From positions 3,392,001 through 3,456,000 of the forward strand of contig JASGHG010000001.1 in the NCBI GenBank assembly GCA_047602425.1: a stretch of DNA of 64,000 bases, in the 5' to 3' direction. How positions within the stretch are numbered: position 1 is the first letter of the stretch; the number at the start of each line of letters is the position of its first letter. This DNA is from Nibricoccus sp. (GTDB lineage Bacteria; Verrucomicrobiota; Verrucomicrobiia; Opitutales; Opitutaceae). The notes under the pieces were generated by a model. That model searched no databases and was not told the origin of the DNA. It worked only from the letters and a program-made list of their open reading frames with translations. A program made the position numbers and the translations under genes. Shown piece after piece: positions 37,794 through 47,782 of this stretch.

Positions 37794-40247
37794 TCAGTTG
37801 CGGGCTTGAGACAGGCATTTTGCGAGGAGGCGGGCAAGGGTGGCAAGATCGAGGGGTTTGCCGATCAAGTGCCGGACATTGAGACTGAGCGCCCGGTGGC
37901 GATCCTCTTCGCTGATGTAGCCGCTCATCAGGATAAAAGGTATGTTCGCGGCGACTTTATCGGCGACCTCAAGGCCGGTCAGCCCGGGCATGGTAAGATC
38001 GCAGAGGACGGCGTGATGTCCATTGGGATCTTGTTGAAGGGCGAGAACGGCTGCCTGCGAATCGAGAAAAGGGGTGGGTTTGTAGCCGATTTTTTCCAAG
38101 AGCCGGCAGGTCGCATGGGTGACGGAAGCCTCGTCGTCGATGACCATGATGCGCTGACCGGCGCCCAATGCCACGGCGGAAGGAAGTATTGTCGGAGGAG
38201 TGGGTTGTTGGCAGGCGGGGAGGTAAAGGTGGAAGACGGAACCCTGCCCCGGCTTGCTGTAGACGGTGATGTCGCCGCCGTGATTTTGGAGGATGCCATG
38301 GACGACGGAAAGGCCGAGGCCTGTGCCCTCGCCGACGGGTTTAGTGGTAAAGAAAGGTTCGAAGATGCGCTGCATAACCTCGGGGGACATGCCGCAACCG
38401 TTGTCGCGCACGGAGAGGTGCACATAATGCCCGGGCTTCAGGCGGCCGGTTACGGCCGAGGTGTCGTCGAATTGGAGCTGTTCCTCAACGATTTCGATAC
38501 AACCATCCTTGCCGCGTACGGCGTGGACGGCGTTGGTGCAAAGGTTGAGCAGCACTTGGTGAAGTTGAGTGGGATCGGCCTCGACTTCGTGCGATGGGGC
38601 GGGAGGTGTATAAAGGAAGACGATGCTTTTTGGGGCAGTGCTGCCGACGAGACTGATGGTTTCTTCGATGATGCTTCGGACCGAGACAATTTCCCGGCGC
38701 GATTCGCTTTTGCGCGAGAAAGTTAGGATCTGGCGCACAAGTTTGCGGGCGCGATCGGAACTGGTCAGGATATCGCGGAGCGGAACGTGGACCGGATGGG
38801 TCTCGGGGGTGTCGAGGAGGGCGAGTTCGGCGTTGCCCAGGATGGAGGCAAGGATGTTGTTGAAGTCATGAGCAATGCCGCCGGCGAGCGTGCCGATTGC
38901 CTCTAGTTTTTGGTTTTGGCGAAGCTGCTCCTCATGTCTTTTCAGCCGGGCCTCGGCGAGGCGGGCGTCGGTGATGTTGGCGAGGACAACGAGCGGGCGC
39001 TGGCCGATGAAGCCAACGGAAACGCGCAGCCAGCAAGGAGCGGTTTCCGAGGGGCACTCATGTTCGAAGGGCGCGGGAGAGTTTTGGGCGAGCGCGGTGG
39101 CAATGCGCGTGCAAAGGGCCGGGCCATCGGGCAGCAGTTGCGAAAGTTTTTTTCCAATCCCGGAAGGTGGGTCGATTTTGAACAGTTTGTGAGCGGCAGG
39201 GTTGGCTTGCTCGACGATAAAATCGTTTTTGATTTCGGCGGGGGTTCGTTGGAGCACCAGAATGGCGTCGAGGGTGGACTCGAAAACGCTGCGATACCGT
39301 TCCTCGCCTGCTTTAAGCTGGTCGGTCTGGATGCTGATCTGGCGATAGAGTTTGCGTTGCCGAACAAACGCCCAGAGGGCGACCAACAGGGCGACGGCGA
39401 GGCCAACGGTGACGGCGATCATGACGTCCGTGCTGGTGTAACCGCCAAGATGACCGAACCATTTACGGAAGATTTTTTCGTACGCGCCGCCTCGCTGTTG
39501 CAGGATGAGGATGGCTTCGTCGATCTGGCGGAGCACTTCGGCGTGTTCCTTGCGGACGGCGAAACAATAATCGACCTCGTAAATCGGTTCGCCGACGGGG
39601 CGGACGTTCTTGAGACCGAGGTGATAGGCGGTGGCCAATCCGCTGAGACGACCGACGAGAGTGGCATCGCCATCGCCTGCATTCAACCGGCGGAGGGATT
39701 CCTCAACCGAATCGACATGGACAATGGAATCGGCGAGACCAGCGGCGCGGAGGACTTGTTCGCCTTTGCTGCCGCGGTGCACAAGCACGCGAAGGCCTTT
39801 GAGGGCGGCCAGATTTTTCGGGGTTGGGCCGGCTTTCCGGGTAAAAATCGCCCCGCTCATTCGAAGGTAGGGTTGGGAAAAGACAGCGAAATTTTCGCGT
39901 TCCGCCGAACGGGCGTAGGACTGGAGAAGATCGAGTTGGCCGGACTCGAAGGCGCCGTTGATTTCGCGCGTGCCTCCCGTTCTCCGTTCAAGCTTTAGTT
40001 CGGTCACCTTTTCAATCTCGCCGAGCAGGTCGACCACGAAACCTTCGATCTGGCCGTCGCTCGCCGCATACGAGAACGGATAATTGTCGTTGAGCACGCC
40101 GACCCGGTAGGATGCGTCTGTTTCGTTTGTGCCTGCCGCCACGGCAAACAGCGAGCCCAACAACCAACCGCAAGCGATAAAAAGCGCTTGCAACCGAAAG
40201 TTTCCGGCCGGAGATGGATTCCGTCCGATGGCGCGACGCTGGATCAT
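37794..40247 (-). CDS. Hybrid sensor histidine kinase (amino-acid SBP family 3 sensor, PAS, HisKA, HATPase, REC)
   Basis: NYPFSY...GFVVDL sensor; [25 protein letters not shown]...GTGLGL; C-terminal REC. Confidence 0.92.
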   Translation of the reverse strand: MIQRRAIGRNPSPAGNFRLQALFIACGWLLGSLFAVAAGTNETDASYRVGVLNDNYPFSYAASDGQIEGFVVDLLGEIEKVTELKLERRTGGTREINGAFESGQLDLLQSYARSAERENFAVFSQPYLRMSGAIFTRKAGPTPKNLAALKGLRVLVHRGSKGEQVLRAAGLADSIVHVDSVEESLRRLNAGDGDATLVGRLSGLATAYHLGLKNVRPVGEPIYEVDYCFAVRKEHAEVLRQIDEAILILQQRGGAYEKIFRKWFGHLGGYTSTDVMIAVTVGLAVALLVALWAFVRQRKLYRQISIQTDQLKAGEERYRSVFESTLDAILVLQRTPAEIKNDFIVEQANPAAHKLFKIDPPSGIGKKLSQLLPDGPALCTRIATALAQNSPAPFEHECPSETAPCWLRVSVGFIGQRPLVVLANITDARLAEARLKRHEEQLRQNQKLEAIGTLAGGIAHDFNNILASILGNAELALLDTPETHPVHVPLRDILTSSDRARKLVRQILTFSRKSESRREIVSVRSIIEETISLVGSTAPKSIVFLYTPPAPSHEVEADPTQLHQVLLNLCTNAVHAVRGKDGCIEIVEEQLQFDDTSAVTGRLKPGHYVHLSVRDNGCGMSPEVMQRIFEPFFTTKPVGEGTGLGLSVVHGILQNHGGDITVYSKPGQGSVFHLYLPACQQPTPPTILPSAVALGAGQRIMVIDDEASVTHATCRLLEKIGYKPTPFLDSQAAVLALQQDPNGHHAVLCDLTMPGLTGLEVADKVAANIPFILMSGYISEEDRHRALSLNVRHLIGKPLDLATLARLLAKCLSQARN

Positions 40248-40349
40248 GTTTTTACGAGGCCATGATCCCTGAAGGCGGAAAGATTGCAAGCGGCCCCCGG
40301 ACGGGGATCCCGGGGTGTTTACCCGGGACGATTCGGTTTCTGAACCGCC

Positions 40350-42578
40350 TTATGACTTGGCGGGAGCAGGTGCGGCGGGTGGCGGTGTGGCAGGTGGTTG
40401 CGCAGCCGGCGGCGGCGGGTCATTGCGCTCTTCCCAGAAATAGCGGGCTTTGCCGGCTGCGTCCTTGTGCTGGTTGGCGTCGTGGCGGATCCAGAAGGCA
40501 CCGGCAGCAATGGCGAGAAGTACGAGAAGGAAGATGGTCTCACGACGGCGTTTTTTGGCTTCTTTATCCTCGTACGGATCGTCGAGCGAACGTTTGGATC
40601 CGGGCGGTAGTTTGGCAATGTCGGTCAGGGCGGTGCCGAAAGGAATATTAATTTTCACGCGCCCGTTGATGGCCCAGCCGTTGGCGTCGAGGATGGGGCC
40701 GAGGGTGCGCTGGCGGAGCTTCAGCCAGGCTATGATCATCGACGGCATCGAGATCAGGAACATGACGGCAAGAAAGACGAGCGGCACCTGCCAGCCTGGC
40801 ATGCCTTTGAAAAAGCCGAGGAAATAACCAAAGGCGGTGGTTAACGCACCGAAGGCGACACCCAGGGCGGCGACGGCGCCGACGTCGATTTTTTTGGCGG
40901 GGTCAGCCGGTTTAGCCCGGTCGAGGTTGGTGGTTTTTTCCGCGGCGGTGGCAAGTTTGCTGTGAGAGGCGGCCTCGGCGGCGGCGGCACGTTTCGCGAT
41001 CTGCTCCTCAATCATGCGCAGGAACTTCTTGTACGGCGACCAGAAGGCCTGGCGAATGCTAATCGGGTTGTCGACGATGCTGGTAATCACGGCGTCCCAA
41101 TCGCGACCTTGCCGGTCGTAGAAAATGCCATGGCGGCCGGCAAAGAGATAGTCGGAATCGCCTTGGGTGAAACACGCCGCAATCGTCATGGGTGAGCTTC
41201 CCGGACGGGAACACGCGCAGTAGGCGATGTAGGTTTTGCTCATGGCCGCGAGCGCATTGGGCGCGTCGACCCGGATGCACAACTCGGTGGAGCGGCTGTC
41301 GAGATAGAGCGTGCCTGCCTGGAAAACGGCGAGTTTGTCGGGCGAATACAGATCGCCGAAATTCACGAAATTGTGCAGCAATGCGCGCAAATCGCGGTGA
41401 TAACGCACGAGCCGGTCGACGTCGCTGATGGCCTGAAATTCGGGCGCGATGGCTTTGTCCTTGGCGATGAGTTCGTCGAGAAGGGCGCGGCCCTTGCCCT
41501 CGGCAATGGCCTTGAGACGTTCATGCCCGAGTTTTTCGCAGGCCGTCGCTGGTTTATCGGCGGTGGATTTCTCGTAGGCGGCGAAACGCGCGCAAAGTTG
41601 GAGCCAGTCAGTTTCAGTCAGAGATGTTTTGGAGGCGCCAAGCACGGGAGCCACGGCGTCCTGTTGAAGCGCGGAAAGGCGGGCGGCCCAGGCCGGATTA
41701 ATGCCTTCGGTGAGCGGTAGCGGCTTCCCAGCTGCGATGGTGGCGAGGGGAAAATTGCTCACTTCGTCTGCGGTGATCTTCATGTCCTTCGCGGCGATCT
41801 CCAGATAGTCGTTTTCGGAACGATTGAGGGCTGCGATGGATCGCGGATCGAAGGCGGCCAGGCGGCAGCGGGCAAAATAATCATCGACCTTGGCGCGTAC
41901 GGCCTTGAGGACCTCGAAAGCCACCGCCGTATTGTCGCCGAGGAAAGTGACCTCGGGCGAGGTGCCGCGATCCACCCAGGCGAGATATGTGGCAAGTTCC
42001 TTGAAGAACGTGTCGATTTTTTCCGCAGTTACACCTGCGGAGCCGGTTTGATCGGCCACGCCGCCAACGCAGGCGACAATGTCGGCGATGAGGGCTTTGA
42101 CCTCGTCGCTGTCGGTGGCCTCGGGCGGAATCACGCCATCGCCGTTTATGGGGTTGGCGGACAGAATGCGTTTGGTGTCGCTGCTATCGTCAATCGAAAT
42201 AGTGGTGGCGTTTGGTTTGCCAAGGCTGTGCAAAGTCTGCCGTGCGGAGGCGAGCAGAATTTTGCCCTCGGGCGTCTGGTCGTTGATTGCGGCCAGCGGA
42301 AGAGTCTCGGAGCCTTTGAGGAGATCGCCCATGTCTTTGAGCCGAAGGGAAGTCCATTTGATGGCACGGAGTAGTTCGGGTACGCGAATACGGCCATCTT
42401 TGTCGTCGTCGATGAGGGCTAGCGTTTTTTCATCGAGTTCCAAGCCCTTCACCGGACAACTGAGGGCGACCCAAAGTTTCTGGTCGAGATTTTCGAGATT
42501 GAGAATGTCGGCTCCTGTTTCGAGCGCGACTTGATCGAGGCCGCCGGTGCGAAAAAATTTCCAGTGATGTTGTGCCAT
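40350..42578 (-). CDS. Hypothetical membrane protein with an EF-hand-like loop
   Basis: 742-aa ORF. DDDKDGRIRVPE loop, NGDGVI, and 2-3 C-terminal TM helices. Confidence 0.8.
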   Translation of the reverse strand: MAQHHWKFFRTGGLDQVALETGADILNLENLDQKLWVALSCPVKGLELDEKTLALIDDDKDGRIRVPELLRAIKWTSLRLKDMGDLLKGSETLPLAAINDQTPEGKILLASARQTLHSLGKPNATTISIDDSSDTKRILSANPINGDGVIPPEATDSDEVKALIADIVACVGGVADQTGSAGVTAEKIDTFFKELATYLAWVDRGTSPEVTFLGDNTAVAFEVLKAVRAKVDDYFARCRLAAFDPRSIAALNRSENDYLEIAAKDMKITADEVSNFPLATIAAGKPLPLTEGINPAWAARLSALQQDAVAPVLGASKTSLTETDWLQLCARFAAYEKSTADKPATACEKLGHERLKAIAEGKGRALLDELIAKDKAIAPEFQAISDVDRLVRYHRDLRALLHNFVNFGDLYSPDKLAVFQAGTLYLDSRSTELCIRVDAPNALAAMSKTYIAYCACSRPGSSPMTIAACFTQGDSDYLFAGRHGIFYDRQGRDWDAVITSIVDNPISIRQAFWSPYKKFLRMIEEQIAKRAAAAEAASHSKLATAAEKTTNLDRAKPADPAKKIDVGAVAALGVAFGALTTAFGYFLGFFKGMPGWQVPLVFLAVMFLISMPSMIIAWLKLRQRTLGPILDANGWAINGRVKINIPFGTALTDIAKLPPGSKRSLDDPYEDKEAKKRRRETIFLLVLLAIAAGAFWIRHDANQHKDAAGKARYFWEERNDPPPPAAQPPATPPPAAPAPAKS

Positions 42579-42876
42579 AACAGTATGAGTTGACGGTTAA
42601 GCGATGGTTGGTGGTTCGCCGCAGGAATTGGTTCCAGAAATAAAGCATAGGCGTGGGATTGCAATGCCCGGGAATGGAAACTTGGGGGGGCGGATTCTGC
42701 CGTTTGTTTGCAGTTCTTGCATGTCGGCTGGTTTTCCTGCACAGCTGTTCGTCCCCTTCGAAAAACCGCACCATGCTTTGCAAAAGCATTTTTAATCTCA
42801 CGCCGTTCGAATCATCCGACCGCATTCGACGTGCCACTGCGCCGGCGGGTAATGCTAACCTCCTCATCGACCTTGC

Positions 42877-43704
42877 GTGAAAATCGACGCTCATCATCAC
42901 TTTTGGCGCTACACTTCCGAAGAGTACGGTTGGATCGACGATTCCATGCGCGTCATTCGCCGCGACTTTTTGCCGGCGGATCTGGCCGCGACTCTTAAGC
43001 CGGAGCGCATCGACGGCGTTGTATCCGTGCAGGCACGACAAACGATGGAGGAAACCCGCTGGTTGCTCTCGCTCGCAAAGGAGACTGCTTTTATCAAAGG
43101 CGTGGTCGGCTGGGTGCCGCTGGCGGAAAAATCAGTTGGAGGTCTGCTCGATGAACTGAAGGTCGATCCGAAATTGAAAGGTGTGCGCCACGTGGTGCAG
43201 GGCGAGCCGGACCCGAAGTTTTTGGAAGGGACCGCTTTTAATGCTGGCTTGCGTGAGGTGACGGCGCGCGGATTGGTCTACGATCTTTTGATTTTTGCGA
43301 GGCAATTGCCGGCGGCGATCGCGTTTGTCGATCGTCACCCGGACCAGATTTTCGTGCTCGATCACATCGCCAAGCCCGTTGTGCAAGGCCTGCCTGATCC
43401 CACTTGGGCGCGCAACCTCCGCGAGCTTGCGCGCCGCGAGAACGTTTTCTGCAAATTTTCCGGCGTGGTCACCGAAGTGCCGGGGTGGCAATGGACGCCT
43501 GAGTTGCTCCGCCCTTATTTCGACGTGGTCGCCGAAGCTTTTGGGCCCGCGCGTTTGATGTTTGGCTCGGACTGGCCGGTATGTCTCGTTGCGAGCGAAT
43601 ACGCGCGGTGGATCGATTTCGTCGAGAAATGCGCCGCGCCGCTTTCGGCAGGGGAACGCGCGCGTTTGCTCGGCGGCACCGCGACGGAAGCATACAAACT
43701 TTGA
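42877..43704 (+). CDS. Amidohydrolase-family sugar lactonase (L-fucono/L-galactono-1,5-lactonase-like)
   Basis: [29 protein letters not shown] and FGSDWPVC motifs; GTG start. Confidence 0.88.
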   Translation: MKIDAHHHFWRYTSEEYGWIDDSMRVIRRDFLPADLAATLKPERIDGVVSVQARQTMEETRWLLSLAKETAFIKGVVGWVPLAEKSVGGLLDELKVDPKLKGVRHVVQGEPDPKFLEGTAFNAGLREVTARGLVYDLLIFARQLPAAIAFVDRHPDQIFVLDHIAKPVVQGLPDPTWARNLRELARRENVFCKFSGVVTEVPGWQWTPELLRPYFDVVAEAFGPARLMFGSDWPVCLVASEYARWIDFVEKCAAPLSAGERARLLGGTATEAYKL

Positions 43705-43808
43705 ACGGGCATTTAGGCTGTTACCGAGTCTTGCCGGATGCGTCTCAGTCGTCAGAATGACCGGCTCAACCCGTTTGCAGCCGCCGATCCTTTACCAAAC
43801 CATTTACC

Positions 43809-44762
43809 ATGCACTATCGCAGACTTGGCCAAACCAATCTAAAGGTTTCTGTTCTCAGTTTCGGCGCGTCGTCGCTCGGCGATGCTTTTCGCAAGACCGA
43901 CGAGGGTGAAGCGATCCGCACCGTGCATGTGGCGCTGGATCACGGCATCAATTTCGTGGACGTTTCTCCTTACTACGGAGTGACCAAGGCCGAGACCGTT
44001 CTCGGCAAGGCGCTGAAAACGGTGGCGCGCGACCGCTACATTCTGGCGACCAAGGTAGGGCAGTACGCGGACGGTGTATTCGATTTTTCAGCGGAGCGCG
44101 TTACGCGCAGTCTTGACGAAAGTTGCGCACGCCTCGGCACCGACTATGTCGACCTGTTGCACTGTCACGACATCGAGTTTGCCGATTTGAACCAGATCGT
44201 GAATGAAACGCTTCCGGCGCTCGTGAAGCTCCGTGAAAAAGGTCGCATTGGCCATATCGGCATCACGGGTTTGCCGCTCAAAATATTTCCAAGCGTCATC
44301 GACCGGGTACCCAAGGGAATCGTCGAAGCGATTCTTTCGTTCTGCCATTACGAGTTGAACGACAACTCGCTCGCCTCGCTGCTGCCGTACTGCGCGGAAC
44401 GCGGCATCGGCGTGATAAATGCCTCGCCGACCGGCATGGGACTGCTCACTGCACGCGGAGTGCCCTCGTGGCATCCGGCGCCGGCGGCAATGGTCGCGGG
44501 CGCGCGCAAGGCGGTGGAGTATTGTCAGTCGGTCGGCGCCGACATCGTGAAGCTCGCGGTGCAATATTGTGTGGCCGATCCGCGCATTGCCACGACACTG
44601 GTTGGCAGTGCTAATCCATCTAATATCGCCAAAAATGTCGCTTGGGCGATGGAGCCGATCGATTTCGAATTAATGGCAAAGGTCCTCGAAATCCTGCGTC
44701 CGATCCACAATCATAACTTCACCCGTGGGCGTCCGGAAAACCGCGATCCGATTGTGGGGTAA
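43809..44762 (+). CDS. Aldo/keto reductase, L-galactose dehydrogenase-like
   Basis: GASSLG, DVSPYYG, FDFSAERV, LHCHDIEF, GITGLPL, SFCHY, SPTGMGLLT and WHPA motifs characteristic of L-GalDH. Confidence 0.88.
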   Translation: MHYRRLGQTNLKVSVLSFGASSLGDAFRKTDEGEAIRTVHVALDHGINFVDVSPYYGVTKAETVLGKALKTVARDRYILATKVGQYADGVFDFSAERVTRSLDESCARLGTDYVDLLHCHDIEFADLNQIVNETLPALVKLREKGRIGHIGITGLPLKIFPSVIDRVPKGIVEAILSFCHYELNDNSLASLLPYCAERGIGVINASPTGMGLLTARGVPSWHPAPAAMVAGARKAVEYCQSVGADIVKLAVQYCVADPRIATTLVGSANPSNIAKNVAWAMEPIDFELMAKVLEILRPIHNHNFTRGRPENRDPIVG

Positions 44763-44774
44763 AAAAACTTTTAT

Positions 44775-44854
44775 TAACCACGGATTTCACGGATCGGCAC
44801 GGATAGAGGCGGGTACTTGAAAATATCCGTGTTCATCCGTGAAATCCGTGGTTA
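44775..44854. repeat. Palindromic repeat built from CACGGAT units
   Basis: TAACCACGGATTTCACGGATCGGCACGGATA ... TATCCGTGTTCATCCGTGAAATCCGTGGTTA; 31-nt arms matching at 28 of 31 positions. Confidence 0.9.
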
Positions 44855-44873
44855 GCTCTGTCTAATTTCCAAA

Positions 44874-45890
44874 ATGCTCCAGATCGTCCTTCAAGAACCC
44901 GGAAAGTTTAATGCGGTCGATGCCGCCGAACCGAAACGCCAGCCCGGCGAAGCGCTTGTGCGTGTGCATCGCGTCGGTGTTTGCGGGACCGACCTGCACG
45001 CGTTCGCCGGCAAGCAACCCTTTTTCAGCTACCCGCGCATTTGCGGTCACGAACTCGGGGTGGAGGTGATCGATCCGGGCGACGAGCCGAACGGGCTGAA
45101 AATTGGCGATCGCTGCTCGGTTGAGCCTTATATCAACTGTGGCAAATGCATCGCCTGCCGCCGCGGCAAACCGAATTGTTGTGCCAATATCAAGGTTTTG
45201 GGTGTGCACGCGGACGGCGGCATGCGACCGCTTTTTGCGCTGCCTTCGCGTAAATTACATCCGGCGACCAAGCTTAGTTACGACCAACTCGCGCTAGTGG
45301 AAACGCTCGGCATCGGCGCGCACGCCGTGGAGCGCGGCCAACCTGAAGCGGACGAATTTGCTTTGGTGATAGGTGCGGGTCCGATCGGTTTGAGCGTGAT
45401 CCAATTCGCGCTGGCGGCGGGCGTGCGTCTGGCGGTGATGGACACGGCCGAACCGCGCCTTGCATTTTGTCGCGAAAAACTCGGGGTGAAGCACACCGTC
45501 AATCCCGCGAATGGCGATGTGAAAGCGCAACTACTCGAAATCGGCAACGGGGATATGCCGACGATGGTGTGGGACGCGACCGGCAATCCGGCCTCGATGG
45601 CAGCCTCTTTTGAGCTCCCAACGAGCGGTGGCAAACTAGTCTTCGTCGGCCTTTTCCAGGGCGATCTGACCTTCAACGATCCTTCTTTCCACCGCCGCGA
45701 ATTGACTGTGATGGGCAGCCGCAACTCGTGTCCGGCGACCTTCCGCTCGATCATCAACATGATTGAAGCTGGCAAGATCGACACCACGCCGTGGATCACG
45801 CACCGCTTCGAATTGAAGGACGTGCCGAACCGTTTTCCAGAAGTAGCCAAAGACAAGACGCTGCTGAAGGCGATGATCTCGGTGGATTGA
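44874..45890 (+). CDS. Zn-dependent dehydrogenase, L-galactonate 5-dehydrogenase (LgoD/YjjN)-like
   Basis: CGTDLH, QPFFSYPRICGHE, CGKCIAC...NCC, GAGPIG, FHRRELTVMGSRN and ITHR motifs. Confidence 0.85.
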   Translation: MLQIVLQEPGKFNAVDAAEPKRQPGEALVRVHRVGVCGTDLHAFAGKQPFFSYPRICGHELGVEVIDPGDEPNGLKIGDRCSVEPYINCGKCIACRRGKPNCCANIKVLGVHADGGMRPLFALPSRKLHPATKLSYDQLALVETLGIGAHAVERGQPEADEFALVIGAGPIGLSVIQFALAAGVRLAVMDTAEPRLAFCREKLGVKHTVNPANGDVKAQLLEIGNGDMPTMVWDATGNPASMAASFELPTSGGKLVFVGLFQGDLTFNDPSFHRRELTVMGSRNSCPATFRSIINMIEAGKIDTTPWITHRFELKDVPNRFPEVAKDKTLLKAMISVD

Positions 45891-45898
45891 CGCCGATT

Positions 45899-46804
45899 TT
45901 AGCCGGCCTTCCAGCCGAAAGTCTCGTAACGGTGTTCGAGTTTTCCTCCGCGCAGGCTGAGGACGGTGAAGCCCTCGGGAAAACCCCAGCGCGGGCCTTT
46001 CCACCAGTCGCCGCAGACGGCGCCGCTGGTGATAAACTCGCAACCCTTGTACGAAACGACTTCGTTGACGTGAGTATGACCTTGGAGAACCGCAATCACG
46101 TGGTAAGGCTCGATGACTTTTAGAACCTCCGCGGCGTTGGCCACGGTGAAATAGGATTTTGTCGCCGGCTTCGCGCTCGGTGGTCGATAGCAAGTGTATC
46201 CGGTAACGAGAGGAATGTGCGTCGTGATGATCACGGGCAGGGAGGGACCGACGCGGGCGAGGTCGGCGGCGAGCCAGATGAGTTGTTCGGCGGAAACGCG
46301 GCCTTCCCAGTCGTGATCGTCGGTTAGGAAGACCGTATCCAGCATCACAAAATGATAACCGCCTTGATCGAAAGAGCCGTAAGTCGCGCCGAAGCGATCC
46401 TCGTAGATTTTCTTTCCACCGCTGCCAGCTAAGTTGAAAACATCGTGATTTCCGATCGTGCGGTGCAATGGCGCGTCGAGCAGGTGTTCCGTTTTTGAAT
46501 ACAGGTCGTAAAGCGAGTTTGCGCGTTCGGCCGAAACTTTGTTGGCGTCGAAAACCAGATCTCCACCGCACAAAGCGAAAGCGGGTTTCAAAGCCGCAAT
46601 CTGGCGGAAACATTTCTCGCTGCCTTCCACGCCATGAAGTTCAGGTTGCAGGTGAATGTCGGTGAAGAAGACAAATTCCAGGTTGCCAGGGGCGGTTGTC
46701 GTTGGTTCGGGTTCGGCGTGAACCGCAAGTTTCGAGGCGCACGCACCAAGAGCGGCCAGACTGGAAATTTTCAGGAAGTCACGACGGCCGGGAAGAGTTT
46801 GCAT
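45899..46804 (-). CDS. Tat-exported calcineurin-like metallophosphoesterase
   Basis: RRDFLK twin-arginine signal; DIH, GGD, GNHD and GHTH motifs. Confidence 0.9.
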   Translation of the reverse strand: MQTLPGRRDFLKISSLAALGACASKLAVHAEPEPTTTAPGNLEFVFFTDIHLQPELHGVEGSEKCFRQIAALKPAFALCGGDLVFDANKVSAERANSLYDLYSKTEHLLDAPLHRTIGNHDVFNLAGSGGKKIYEDRFGATYGSFDQGGYHFVMLDTVFLTDDHDWEGRVSAEQLIWLAADLARVGPSLPVIITTHIPLVTGYTCYRPPSAKPATKSYFTVANAAEVLKVIEPYHVIAVLQGHTHVNEVVSYKGCEFITSGAVCGDWWKGPRWGFPEGFTVLSLRGGKLEHRYETFGWKAG

Positions 46805-46907
46805 AGCGTAGCGTTAGAGGAATCGCGGTCGGGAAGAAATACGAAAGCGGGTCGGAAAGTTAAATCGCGGTATCGACGGAGCCTCATTTAAGGCCTAGCT
46901 TTTTTGC

Positions 46908-47558
46908 GTGACTGCTCCAGCGACCTATTCAAACAGCGAAGAAATCGCCAATACGATCACGCATGGCATCGGAGCACTGCTGAGTGCGGCGGCGTTGGCG
47001 TTGCTCGTGACGTTTGCCGCGCTGTATGGCGACGCGTGGAGTGTCACGAGCGGGGCGATTTATGGCGTGACGCTGATTTTGGCCTACACCGCGTCGACGG
47101 TGTATCACACTTTGCGTTCGGAGCGGGCGAAACGAATTTGCCGCAAGTACGATCATGCGGGAATTTTTCTGCTGATCGCCGGCACGTATACGCCGTTTCT
47201 ACTCGTGAGCTTGCGCGGACCCTGGGGCTGGAGCTTGTTTGGCGTTGTCTGGGGTCTGTGTGTGGCGGGGATGGTGATGAAGTTTTTTCTCGCCGGTCGT
47301 TTTCGCGTGATGTCGACCTTGATCTACATTTTCACGGGCTGGCTAGTGGTGATTGCATTTAAGCCACTGCTGGCGGCGCTGCCAATCGGTGGTATCTGGC
47401 TGTTGGTTGCGGGCGGGCTTTGTTACACGGGCGGTACGGTATTTTACCTTTGGAAATCGCTAAAATATCACCACGCGATCTGGCACCTGTTTGTGCTGGC
47501 GGGCAGCATCTGCCACTTTTTCTCCGTGCTGAACTACGTGATGCCGGTGGCGACGTGA
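46908..47558 (+). CDS. Hemolysin III / PAQR family membrane protein
   Basis: EEIANTITH, STVYH, DHAGIFLLIAGTYTP and HAIWHLFV motifs. Confidence 0.93.
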   Translation: MTAPATYSNSEEIANTITHGIGALLSAAALALLVTFAALYGDAWSVTSGAIYGVTLILAYTASTVYHTLRSERAKRICRKYDHAGIFLLIAGTYTPFLLVSLRGPWGWSLFGVVWGLCVAGMVMKFFLAGRFRVMSTLIYIFTGWLVVIAFKPLLAALPIGGIWLLVAGGLCYTGGTVFYLWKSLKYHHAIWHLFVLAGSICHFFSVLNYVMPVAT

Positions 47559-47630
47559 CGGGGCAGATCGCCAAATCGCTGGATTTCGCTCAACGAATTT
47601 TCGCGTTCATGCGAATGTCAGCGCGGTACT

Positions 47631-47782
47631 TAGAGCACACACAACAAAACTGTAGCCGTAAATCGGTGTTACAAACCGAGCTGTCTTCGTAGGGGCGCAG
47701 TCTTGCTGCGTCCTTTCTGAGGCGAAGCCAAAACGGGCTACAGCCGGAGTTGTGCGGCTATGACATTTTTAAAAATGCTCTA
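47631..47782. mobile_element. MITE-like element with TAGAGC ends and an internal GTAG-REP hairpin (copy 1)
   Basis: TAGAGCA...TGCTCTA outer IR; CTGTAGCCGT / ACGGGCTACAG inner IR; GTAGGGGCGCAGTCTTGCTGCGTCC core. Confidence 0.6.
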
